Shown here one piece after another: positions 29,213 to 38,021 of a stretch of DNA of 64,000 nt; position 1 is the first letter of the stretch; each line of letters begins with the position of its first letter. Source of the DNA: Hydrurus foetidus (Eukaryota). The position numbers and the translations under genes are program-made. The stretch covers positions 4,030,001 through 4,094,000 of the forward strand of contig UYFQ01000001.1 in the NCBI GenBank assembly GCA_900617105.1, in the 5' to 3' direction. The notes under the pieces were generated by a model. The model ran no database searches. It had not been told where the DNA came from and was given only the letters and a program-made list of their open reading frames with translations.

Positions 29213-30130
29213 ATGCAAAAGCCTACCGCGCTACCCACCATGCCGCCAGAGGACGCCCGCGACCTGCGCGATATGCAGTCGGTGCATGCCGACCAGCTTG
29301 CAGCGATTGCCGCACTCGATTGTGTCTTTGCACCACTTGCGCAGCTCTGCCTGGCCAAAGGCGTTCGCATCCAAGCGGTTGAAGAACGCCTGCGCGTGGC
29401 TTTCTTGCAAGCTGCACGCAACACCCAGCCGGCCGCTGCGTCTAGCCGCGTGACCAGCCGCATCAGCGCTGCAACTGGACTAACCCGCCGAGAAGTGGAC
29501 CGGTTGGCGAGCACGCCGACGATTGCCGCCCAAGCGCCGCGTTCACCCATCACCGAATTGTTTACCCGCTGGTTGTCTGACCCGGCGCTGCACGGCGCAG
29601 ACCAGCAACCCAGACCACTGCCGCGTCAGGGGCCCGCTCCGAGTTTTGAAGCTTTGGCCCAGTCCGTAACGCAGGACGTTCACCCCCGCACGCTGCTAGA
29701 TGAGCTGTGCCGCTTGCAATTGGCCGCGCATGACCCTGCGACCGACGAGGTCAGGCTGCTGCGCGATGCTTTCGTGCCCAGCGGTGACTGGGCCCGCATG
29801 ATGGGCTACGTGGCTGACAACGTGGGCGACCACTTTCGCGCTGCAGTCGCTAATGTATTACAAGACGGCAAGCAGCAGCTGGAGCAGGCCATATTTGCCG
29901 ATGAACTGTCCGCCGAATCGCTGGTAGAAACCGCTGCGGTGATGACGGCCCAATGGCGCAGGCTGCTGACTGAAGTTGCCCCGCAGCTAGAAAAAATGAT
30001 TCAAAAAGACCGGCAGCTGGGTCGGCTGCAAGACCGCAGCATCCGCATCGGTATGTACACCTGGTCAACCACCATGCCGCCAATAGCGACGCCCCCCATT
30101 GCTAGCAATAAACCGGAGATCACCCCATGA
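29213..30130 (+). CDS. DUF6502-like cytoplasmic protein with possible HTH
   Basis: SRISAATGLTRREVDRL, W.SDP, PSFEALAQSVTQDVHPRTLLDELCRL; ATGA overlap with the next gene. Confidence 0.75.
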   Translation: MQKPTALPTMPPEDARDLRDMQSVHADQLAAIAALDCVFAPLAQLCLAKGVRIQAVEERLRVAFLQAARNTQPAAASSRVTSRISAATGLTRREVDRLASTPTIAAQAPRSPITELFTRWLSDPALHGADQQPRPLPRQGPAPSFEALAQSVTQDVHPRTLLDELCRLQLAAHDPATDEVRLLRDAFVPSGDWARMMGYVADNVGDHFRAAVANVLQDGKQQLEQAIFADELSAESLVETAAVMTAQWRRLLTEVAPQLEKMIQKDRQLGRLQDRSIRIGMYTWSTTMPPIATPPIASNKPEITP

Positions 30131-31341
30131 AACACCGCCTAAAAACACCGCGTATCGCAGGCATTGACCCATCTGGCCAAATAGACCGACGCGATACGCT
30201 CCTGCTGGCTGCGCTCTCCAGCGCGCTGGCACTGGCCGGCTGCGGTGGCGGCGCATCGGGTGGCGGTGCCGTCGCGGGCGTCACCAGTGGCGGCACGGGC
30301 TCTTTTGCAACCGGCGCCATTACCGGCTTTGGCTCAATCTTCATCGGTGCTATCCGGTTTGACGATTCGAAAGCCAGCCGCATTGTCGATGTCGATGATG
30401 ACAACACTGATCTGCGCGGCCAGCTCAAGCTGGGCATGGTGGTGCGGGTCAAAGGCCAAGCCAGAATAGGCACCAGTGTGGATGCAGAAACGATTGAGGT
30501 ACGCAGCGAATTGCTGGGGCCGGTGAGCCGCATTGATGCTGCGACGCTGACAGTTTTGGGGCAAACAGTCCAGCTGACCGCCACCACTTTTTTTGGCGAC
30601 GGCCTGGCCGGTCTGACCTCGTTAGCTGTCAACAATATTGTGGAGGTACACGGTTTCGTCAATGCACAGAACAACACCATCACCGCCACCCGCATTGACC
30701 GCAAATCGGCAGGCAGCGTGAAAGCCTACAAACTGCAGGGCTTCGTTCAAAGGTTGACTGCCAACACGTTTCAAATTGCTGAGCTGGTCATTAACACCGC
30801 CGCCGCGATTGCGCTGCCCAACAGCCCGGTGCTGGCCAACGGTTTGCTGGTGCGCCTGCGCCTTGAGCCGACGCTGAGCGCGGGGTCGCGCAACGCTATC
30901 AGCATCCGTTCGGTCGAGCTTGAGGTTTCGGATCGCACCGAGGCCGACGTCGAAGGCACCATCACTGCGCTTACTTCTAACAGCCAGTTCAGCGTTAACG
31001 GGCTGGCGGTGCAGGCTAGCGGCGCAGTGGTACCGCCCGGGCTAAAACTGGGGGACCGCGTAGATGTGGAGGGCGCGCTGGTCAAAGGCGTGCTCGTGGC
31101 CAAAACGGTCAAACTGGAAGACGAAAAAGATCCGCTGAAATTTGAGCTGAATGGCGCGGTCAGCAGCTTGAACCTGACCGCAAAGACTTTTTTGGTGCGC
31201 GGCGTGACTGTGGACTACAGCGCTGCCGAATTCAGAAATGGCACACTCAGCAGCCTGATCGATACCGTCGTGGTTGAAGTCAAAGGCGTAGCATCGGCCG
31301 ATGGCGTTCGAATCAATGCAACCCGTATTTCCTTTAGATAA
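30127..31341 (+). CDS. DUF5666-like multi-repeat lipoprotein (Tat signal), paralog of 27898..29133
   Basis: DRRDTL..LALAGC signal; GAITGFGSIFIGAIRFDDS; collinear with the first paralog. Confidence 0.8.
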   Translation: MKHRLKTPRIAGIDPSGQIDRRDTLLLAALSSALALAGCGGGASGGGAVAGVTSGGTGSFATGAITGFGSIFIGAIRFDDSKASRIVDVDDDNTDLRGQLKLGMVVRVKGQARIGTSVDAETIEVRSELLGPVSRIDAATLTVLGQTVQLTATTFFGDGLAGLTSLAVNNIVEVHGFVNAQNNTITATRIDRKSAGSVKAYKLQGFVQRLTANTFQIAELVINTAAAIALPNSPVLANGLLVRLRLEPTLSAGSRNAISIRSVELEVSDRTEADVEGTITALTSNSQFSVNGLAVQASGAVVPPGLKLGDRVDVEGALVKGVLVAKTVKLEDEKDPLKFELNGAVSSLNLTAKTFLVRGVTVDYSAAEFRNGTLSSLIDTVVVEVKGVASADGVRINATRISFR

Positions 31342-31565
31342 ATGTTGACAGCGCGCCCGGCAGGCGATGTGCTGCTCAAATTTAAGGAGTTAGCTCAGCG
31401 TAAATCTGTGCGATTCAGCGCGCAATGGTGCGGCTGAGCGCGCGGCGGATGGCTGTCGCAGGTGCGCTGGGGCAAACCCTTTTCACGCGCATCGAAGTTA
31501 CCCGCATCGCATTTATTGACTTGCGCCGCGCCGTTAAATTCATTGAATAAATTTGCCAACGGTGA

Positions 31566-31916
31566 TTAGCGCCTGCGGGCAGGCTTGCGCGAGTTGTCGT
31601 AAAAAGTGGGCGGCTTGTTGGCGAGCCACGCAATAAACGTGGCGATTTCTACATGCGCTTGCAGGGCTGCCCACGTGCTGAAGCCTCTGGCCAATTCACG
31701 CTCGCTGAATGTCGCGTGTATTTTGCGGTGGCAAATGCGGTGAATGACTGCAGTGTTGTCCAACGTTTTTCCGCCCTGGCTTTTGGGAATCAGGTGGTGC
31801 TCGTCCACGCTGCGGCCGGGTACCAGCAGGCGACTGCACAGGGGGCACTGCGCCACTTCGGCGGGCGGGGCGTAGCCCAGCGGCGTGGTTCCTCGTAAAG
31901 CGCGCCTGGATACCAT
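31566..31916 (-). CDS. Small HNH endonuclease-like protein
   Basis: CPLC...DEHHLIPKSQGG...HRICHRKIH. Confidence 0.85.
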   Translation of the reverse strand: MVSRRALRGTTPLGYAPPAEVAQCPLCSRLLVPGRSVDEHHLIPKSQGGKTLDNTAVIHRICHRKIHATFSERELARGFSTWAALQAHVEIATFIAWLANKPPTFYDNSRKPARRR

Positions 31917-31929
31917 TCGGTTAACTTTT

Positions 31930-31970
31930 GCTATGTAAAAAGTAGCCGACAGCCCCTGTATTGACTGGGC
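31930..31970 (+). repeat. 41-bp element copy 12 (intergenic)
   Basis: gcta tgtaaaaag tagc cgacagc ccct gtattgact gggc. Confidence 0.78.
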
Positions 31971-32041
31971 TAGGGCGACTATTTATCGATTTATCGGTCT
32001 ATTTCGGTATTAAAAGCCACAGGCATCTTGTCATTGCGACG

Positions 32042-33273
32042 TTAGCGCATGCTGTCGGTCTGTGTGGGTTCGCCTTCAATTTCCCTAATTTTATCGAGCA
32101 CTTCTTTTTGGCGCTGGCCTCTGGCCTGCCTGGAGCTATTTAAGTCAGTCACGACGGAGCTGTCAATAAACTGGACCCGGCGTTGGGGCGTCAAGCGCAT
32201 CATGTTTAGCCTGCGGGTGAGCAGCGCCATCACGTTGCTGGCGCTGGTGGTGCCCAGCGTTTCTTGCCACATGGCGATGTGCAAATTGACTGAAAGCGGC
32301 GCGCCTGCGTTCCGCCTGGCGTCGCTGGCGCGAAGCGACGCGGCCATGATTTGGCTTGCCGTAGCGGACAAGGCGTCGCGGGTGATCGGGCCTTCAAGCA
32401 GTATTAAAAAATGACCTTCGTCCTGGCGCACCACGCTGTCGATGTCTCGCGCGGCGCCGCGAAGCAGCTCGCCAATGCGGCGTAATATTTGGGTGCGTTG
32501 GGCGCTGGTGCCCAGGGTGGCGTAGCTGTCTGCATCCACCCAACGAATCATCATCACGCCGCTGCCCAACTTGCTGCGGCTGCCGCGTAGCAGCAGGCGA
32601 TTCAACCGCGTTTTAGCTTTGTGGGCCAGTTGAAAGCCGGTTTCGGGGTCGTAGTCCGCCAGCGCTTGGGCGCGACCGCCAGACAGCAGCGCCGAGCGGC
32701 TGCGCCAGGTCAAGGCTGCCAACAAAATCAACGACCCCAAGGTCGAGCCAAAAGCGGCCATCAGTTGCGCGAACTCCACGTGCGACAGCCAGCCCCAGTA
32801 GTACGCCACACGGCTAAGCGCCGACAAATTAATTGGCAAAAGACCGACCAGCAGCCAGCCATTTAAACGATTGCCACGCAGTACCAGCCACATCACGCTG
32901 CCCATGACAAAGCTCACGATGAAGGCCCACCACACATTTTTAACATTGCGACTGATCAGGTCCATGTCAATCCAACAGCCGTTGTCGTAGCCAGGGTGAA
33001 ACGCATCCATACGTTTTGTGCAGCGCTGGTGGGCAATTTCAGGCCGCGCTTAACGTCTGCAAACGCCCAGGCGCTCGGGGCGTTGACGAATACTGCTGGG
33101 CTGGCTCTGGCCGCGCTGGGGTTTTCAGGCTTGGGTACGGCCACCCACTGCAGTGGCGCAGTTAATACCGGCTGCGGGCTGTCAGCGTACAGCCGGTCGA
33201 ATGCTTGCGCCTGCGCTTGTTGACCCCAACAGGTCAGCAACAGTAACCACACCGCCAAAAACGCGCGCACCAC
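32042..33273 (-). pseudogene. Internally deleted, frameshifted paralog of the 7TM-DISM/degenerate GGDEF protein
   Basis: ORF 32956..33273 matches the N-terminus (FDRLYA..P.L..PL.WV) and ORF 32042..33010 matches the C-terminal half of 33482..35326; roughly 200 codons missing at a junction near 32975. Confidence 0.75.
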
Positions 33274-33481
33274 GCACCCTAATCCAAAACAGCTCTCTAC
33301 TTCTTTTTACGGAGTGTGAAGATAGCAGAAGTCTTGATTTAACCGTTACATATGCAGAGTAACTTAAAAGAAACAGTGAGCAAGAAATCGGTCGCCAAAA
33401 TAACTACTTAATAGCTTAAAGCATGCATTAAAAATGCCACATACAAAGCCCTGCGGTTGCCCCAAGCCACAATGGCAAGTT

Positions 33482-35326
33482 TTAACGCCGTGAATCAGGC
33501 CGCTGCGTAGCAATCGTCGGCAAGCGCTGGGTTGCCTCAAGCGCGTTGATTTTTTCAATCACGTCTTGCCGCCTGAGCGTGGACTCTTCGGCTGAATCCG
33601 AAACTGGCGCGCTCGATGCGCTGTCAACAAACTGCACCTGGCGCTGTGTGCCGTGTGACATTTGGTTTAGCCGCGCATGAAGCATTTCGGTCACTTCATC
33701 GGCCGAGCTGGCCTGATCGCTGGCGTGCCAGATAGCCACATGCACATTAAACAAGCCGGGTTTGTCTGCTTTTTCTGATGCGCGCAGGCAAGACGACAGT
33801 ACTTGCGTGCCCAGCGACGCCAGCGCGCTGCGATTGACTGGCCCTTCAACCAGCACAATGAAATCGATTTCGCTGAAGCGGGCGACTGTGTCGATGTCTC
33901 GCGCGACCCGCTGCAAAATTTTGCCAAACTGGCCGAGTGCTTCGGCGTGGCGCACACTCCCCAAATTATTTACATTTTTGTTAAAGTCTACCCAGCGTAG
34001 CATGATCACGCCGCAGCCCAGCTTTAATCGGTTGGCCCGCAGCAGCAGGCCGGGCAGCCGTGCCTTGACTACCCTGGTCAATGTCAGCCCGGTGGCTGAA
34101 TCGAAGGTTTCACGCGCCGCTGCGCGCTCGGCGGCCAGCAGCGCGGCCCGGCTTCGCCAGGCCAGGGCCAAAAATAGCCACAACAGCCCTGCTTGGGTAA
34201 AAAACGCGCCGGCGGTTTGCGCCAGCTCAACGTGGGTGAGCCAGCCGTAGTTGTAGGCCAGCCGGGTCGCGGCGGCGGCGCACACAGGCAGCAGGCCGCC
34301 CAGCAGCCACAGGTTCCAGCGTCGACCTGTTACGCACAACCACAGCAGCGATCCAAAAATCGACAACACGGAGAATACCGTCCAGCCATTGAGCAATTGT
34401 CTGGGCAGCGTTTGATCGGAAATCAGCACCACACCGGCCATCAAACCGCTACCCAGCGCCGCGAAGCCCAGCAAATGGTACAAAGTGGTGTTGCTGTCTT
34501 TGGCGTAGCTTGCCTGCGCGCAAAACCAGCTTCCGGCAGCAAGGGCTAACATGGCCGATACCCAAGGCATCACTTGGTTTAAGTGCGCGCTGTCTGGCCA
34601 CAGCCGCCAGCCGCCATAGCCGAGCAGTGTCAAATGCAGCAGCAGCATGGCGCCGGTGAACCCAGCGAGTGACAAAAACACCGTGCTTCGCGACAGCGAA
34701 CTCGACGCAATGCACACCACGATCAACAAGCCGAACATGCCCTGCATGAGGCCAATCAGCGTGCCAATGCGGGACGCGCCGTCCGAAAAGTCGAGCTGGC
34801 TCATCAGGTAAGGCCGCTCGGTGACCGGGCTGTGGTGTTCAAAGCGCAGGAAGTAGGTCTTTTCAACAGGGCCGGTAAACACTTCAAAACTGGGCGTGCG
34901 GGTAGTGCGGTTCCAGGCAGCAGGCGCCAGCAACGCCCCTGCTGACTCTACCTGCCAGGCACCGGCTGGCCCTGCGCTGTACAAGCTGACTTTTTGAATC
35001 GTGATGCGCGGCACTCGCACAATCCAGCTTTGCGGCGCGGCCGTGGCAGCCAGCGTGAAGCTGGCCCAGGCGTCTTTGCCTGGCGCCGTAGGCAGCGCAG
35101 TGCTGGCGGAGTACGGCGCAAATGGCCAGGCTTGCGGGTTGGTTAAAAAGGCTTCGGGCAAGGTAGGCGCCACAGGCGCCGGCGCTGGCACCCACCGCAA
35201 GGGTTGCGAAAGTGCTGGCTGAAGGCTTTTGGCATACAGGCGGTCGAACTCCTGCGCGCAACTGATGCTGGCAGACAGAAGACCTAAAAAAACGAATACT
35301 AGCGCGCGCATGGGGTGAATAGTCAT
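33482..35326 (-). CDS. 7TM-DISM-type membrane sensor with degenerate GGDEF domain
   Basis: Signal peptide, periplasmic beta domain, about 7 TM helices, DSATGL, RDIDTVARFSEIDF. Confidence 0.82.
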   Translation of the reverse strand: MTIHPMRALVFVFLGLLSASISCAQEFDRLYAKSLQPALSQPLRWVPAPAPVAPTLPEAFLTNPQAWPFAPYSASTALPTAPGKDAWASFTLAATAAPQSWIVRVPRITIQKVSLYSAGPAGAWQVESAGALLAPAAWNRTTRTPSFEVFTGPVEKTYFLRFEHHSPVTERPYLMSQLDFSDGASRIGTLIGLMQGMFGLLIVVCIASSSLSRSTVFLSLAGFTGAMLLLHLTLLGYGGWRLWPDSAHLNQVMPWVSAMLALAAGSWFCAQASYAKDSNTTLYHLLGFAALGSGLMAGVVLISDQTLPRQLLNGWTVFSVLSIFGSLLWLCVTGRRWNLWLLGGLLPVCAAAATRLAYNYGWLTHVELAQTAGAFFTQAGLLWLFLALAWRSRAALLAAERAAARETFDSATGLTLTRVVKARLPGLLLRANRLKLGCGVIMLRWVDFNKNVNNLGSVRHAEALGQFGKILQRVARDIDTVARFSEIDFIVLVEGPVNRSALASLGTQVLSSCLRASEKADKPGLFNVHVAIWHASDQASSADEVTEMLHARLNQMSHGTQRQVQFVDSASSAPVSDSAEESTLRRQDVIEKINALEATQRLPTIATQRPDSRR

Positions 35327-35430
35327 ACCTTATGGCATAAATCGTAACGGCGCAAACCCGAGGTTTCCTGACGGGACGGTCAGTTTTTGGCGGCGGCGTG
35401 CTAAAAAATCCGCATTCCGTGAGTTAAATC

Positions 35431-35446
35431 TGTGTGAAAAGTCACA
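35431..35446. promoter_or_regulatory. Possible Crp/Fnr-type site upstream of the 7TM-GGDEF gene
   Basis: TGTGT-gaaaag-TCACA, 9 of 10 positions match TGTGA-N6-TCACA. Confidence 0.35.
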
Positions 35447-35548
35447 ACTTAACTAAATATGCATGGCCTGCTGCTGGGGCACGCATCTGCAAAGGTCTGT
35501 TGCGTTGGGCCAGCCTTACGTTGAGTAGTGCACAACGGCCTTTTGCTG

Positions 35549-35589
35549 GCTATGTAAATAGCAGCTGTTTGCGCCCGTATTTATTGGGT
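35549..35589 (+). repeat. 41-bp element copy 13 (intergenic)
   Basis: gcta tgtaaatag cagc tgtttgc gccc gtatttatt gggt. Confidence 0.87.
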
Positions 35590-35641
35590 AAAAGCCCTAT
35601 TTGTGCCCTAAAAACAGGCCGATTTAGCACTTTACGTGCTT

Positions 35642-36013
35642 TTACCGCTCAGGCCCGTCACTGAATTGAAGTCGGCTAACTACCCAGCACGCCACAGCAA
35701 TCAACAAAATGGCCCCACTCTCGTACAGCAAGATCGACGGGTCGCCTTCTTTGCCTTGCAAAATAATCAATCGGCTAAGTGCCGTCATGGCAATAAACAG
35801 CGGAATGGTGATCGGAATGCGGTGGCTGGCATAAAACGCGGCCAGCATGCCCAGCACCTCGGCGTAAATAAACATCAGCAGCAGGTCTTTGAGTTCAACC
35901 CGCTGGTTGTTGATGAGCAGCATGACTTCTTGCGCCATTGCTGCCACAGTAAAAACCGCAATGATGATCAAAAACGACTTTTCTACCCACCCAATGATGC
36001 TCTTTACGTTCAT
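35642..36013 (-). CDS. psiE: Phosphate-starvation-inducible PsiE family membrane protein
   Basis: DLLLMFIYAEVLGM..FY...RIPITIPLFIAMTALSRLIIL; four TM segments. Confidence 0.85.
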   Translation of the reverse strand: MNVKSIIGWVEKSFLIIIAVFTVAAMAQEVMLLINNQRVELKDLLLMFIYAEVLGMLAAFYASHRIPITIPLFIAMTALSRLIILQGKEGDPSILLYESGAILLIAVACWVVSRLQFSDGPER

Positions 36014-36018
36014 AGGTC

Positions 36019-36059
36019 ACTCCTGAATTTATAGCTGCTCGCGCCCGATTCTATGGGGC
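36019..36059 (+). repeat. 41-bp element copy 14 (overlaps the psiE RBS)
   Basis: actc ctgaattta tagc tgctcgc gccc gattctatg gggc. Confidence 0.87.
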
Positions 36060-36094
36060 TACAGGCATAAAAAGCAATCAAAAAGCCAATAAAA

Positions 36095-37720
36095 CTACAT
36101 TTTTGCCTGAAACACCAGCCCAGCATGTTCACGCAGCGCATGAAACTTGATTTTGGGCCACTGCTGCTCTACGGCGCGCAATGTGGCGCTGTGGTCAACC
36201 AAAAGCGTGGGGGCATCGACCGCGTCCAACGCCACGCGGTGAGCGTTGGCGTCCATGAATTTTTTCAGCTCATTGGCATCGTCACTCGTCACCCAGCGAG
36301 CGAGGTTGAAGTTACTCGGCATGATGCGCGCCTTCACCCCATATTCATGTTCCAAGCGGTGCGCGACCACTTCAAACTGCAACTGGCCGACAGCGCCCAG
36401 CAGCAACAAGGAGCCTGCGATGGGGCGGAAAACCTGAATCGCACCTTCTTCGCCCAATTGCGTCAGGCCAGCGCGCAGCTGCTTGGTTCGTAGCGGGTCA
36501 GCCACTTCAACCGCCCTGAACATTTCCGGAGCAAAAAACGGCAGGCCGGTGAACTGCAAAGCTTCGCCTTCGGTCAGCGTGTCGCCCAGTTGCAGCACGC
36601 CGTGGTTCGGTATGCCGATGATGTCGCCTGCAAAAGCAGTGTCGAGCAGCTCGCGGCGCTGGCTCATGAAGCTGACGACTGTGTTGGGGCGCAGCTCTTT
36701 GCCGCTGCGCACCACTTTGAGCTTCATGCCGCGCGTGAACTCACCGCTGGCCACCCGCAAAAACGCGATGCGGTCGCGGTGTGCTGGATCCATGTTGGCC
36801 TGGATTTTGAACACTACGCCGGAGAATTTTTTCTCTTCAGGGTGAACCACGCGTTGCATGGCGGTGCGGTCAGCTGGGGCAGGGGCCAGGTCAACCAGCG
36901 CGTCGAGTACTTCCTGCACGCCAAAGTTGTTGATGGCCGAGCCGAAGAACATCGGCGTTTGTTTGCCCGCTAAGAATAATTCGCGATCAAATTCTGGCGT
37001 GGCACCGGCTACCAGTTCAATCTCGCCTTTGGCTTGTTCGTACTCCGCGCCAAAGCGTTTGGCCGCCTCAGCGTTGTTCAGTCCCGCCAGAATTTCGTCG
37101 TCGCCCCCAGCTTTGTCTTCACCGGGGCTGAACACACGCATCCGGTCTTCACGCCGGTCATACACGCCGTGAAACAGCTTGCCCATACCAACAGGCCAGG
37201 TGAACGGCACAACGGCCATGCCGAGTTCGCGTTCAATCTCGTCCATCACCGTCATCGGGTCTTGCACTTCGCGGTCCATTTTGTTGACGAAGGTGAGGAT
37301 GGGCGTGCCGCGCGCACGGCAAACTTGCAGCAGGCGCCGGGTTTGCGGCTCGACGCCGTTGGCCGCGTCAATCACCATCAACGCCGCATCAACCGCCGTC
37401 AACACGCGGTAAGTGTCTTCAGAAAAATCCTGGTGGCCCGGGGTGTCGAGCAGGTTGATCACGCAGTCGCGGTACTCCATCTGCATCACGGACGATGCAA
37501 CAGAAATGCCGCGCTGCTTTTCAATTTCCATCCAGTCAGACGTGGCGTGCCGTGCGGCCTTGCGGGCTTTCACGCTACCGGCAATTTGAATCGCCCCCGA
37601 GAAAAGCAGCAGCTTTTCAGTCAGCGTGGTTTTACCCGCGTCGGGGTGGGAGATGATGGCAAACGTGCGGCGGCGTTTGACTTGTTTTTCGATTTCGGTA
37701 AATTCGTGCGGTGAAGACAT
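36095..37720 (-). CDS. prfC: Peptide chain release factor 3
   Basis: RRRTFAIISHPDAGKTTLTEKLL, SDWMEIEKQRGIS, DTPGHQDF, QANMDPAHRDR. Confidence 0.97.
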   Translation of the reverse strand: MSSPHEFTEIEKQVKRRRTFAIISHPDAGKTTLTEKLLLFSGAIQIAGSVKARKAARHATSDWMEIEKQRGISVASSVMQMEYRDCVINLLDTPGHQDFSEDTYRVLTAVDAALMVIDAANGVEPQTRRLLQVCRARGTPILTFVNKMDREVQDPMTVMDEIERELGMAVVPFTWPVGMGKLFHGVYDRREDRMRVFSPGEDKAGGDDEILAGLNNAEAAKRFGAEYEQAKGEIELVAGATPEFDRELFLAGKQTPMFFGSAINNFGVQEVLDALVDLAPAPADRTAMQRVVHPEEKKFSGVVFKIQANMDPAHRDRIAFLRVASGEFTRGMKLKVVRSGKELRPNTVVSFMSQRRELLDTAFAGDIIGIPNHGVLQLGDTLTEGEALQFTGLPFFAPEMFRAVEVADPLRTKQLRAGLTQLGEEGAIQVFRPIAGSLLLLGAVGQLQFEVVAHRLEHEYGVKARIMPSNFNLARWVTSDDANELKKFMDANAHRVALDAVDAPTLLVDHSATLRAVEQQWPKIKFHALREHAGLVFQAKM

Positions 37721-37745
37721 AGCCTCTGATTATCGATGACGCCGT

Positions 37746-37985
37746 TTATTCGTCGACCTGCCGGGCGAATCTCGGCTGGCGAACACCGTCAATCATCACT
37801 TCTTCATTGAACATGGCCGCAGGTCGCACCCACAAGCCATGCTCGCCATACAGCGCGCGGTACAGCGTCATCGGGCTTAAATCTTCGCTGTGGCGCACCG
37901 TGCCGACTACTTCATACAGCAGGCCTTTGTAGTGTTTGTAAAGGCCGGGCGGAGTGGTGATAAGGGGCGGAAGTTGTTCGGACAT
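37746..37985 (-). CDS. DUF1653 domain protein
   Basis: GLYKHYKG..YEV...RHSE....YRALYG..GLWVRP..MF.E. Confidence 0.88.
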   Translation of the reverse strand: MSEQLPPLITTPPGLYKHYKGLLYEVVGTVRHSEDLSPMTLYRALYGEHGLWVRPAAMFNEEVMIDGVRQPRFARQVDE

Positions 37986-38021
37986 GGGTGTTGTTAAAGC
38001 GGAGTGGGACAATGCGAAGCT

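Noticed and set aside
35340..35400. c-di-GMP-I riboswitch upstream of the GGDEF-like gene (gcaaaccc...gggacg)
   Set aside because: The resemblance is on the strand opposite the gene and the GNRA loop and second stem are missing. An Infernal/Rfam search would settle it.
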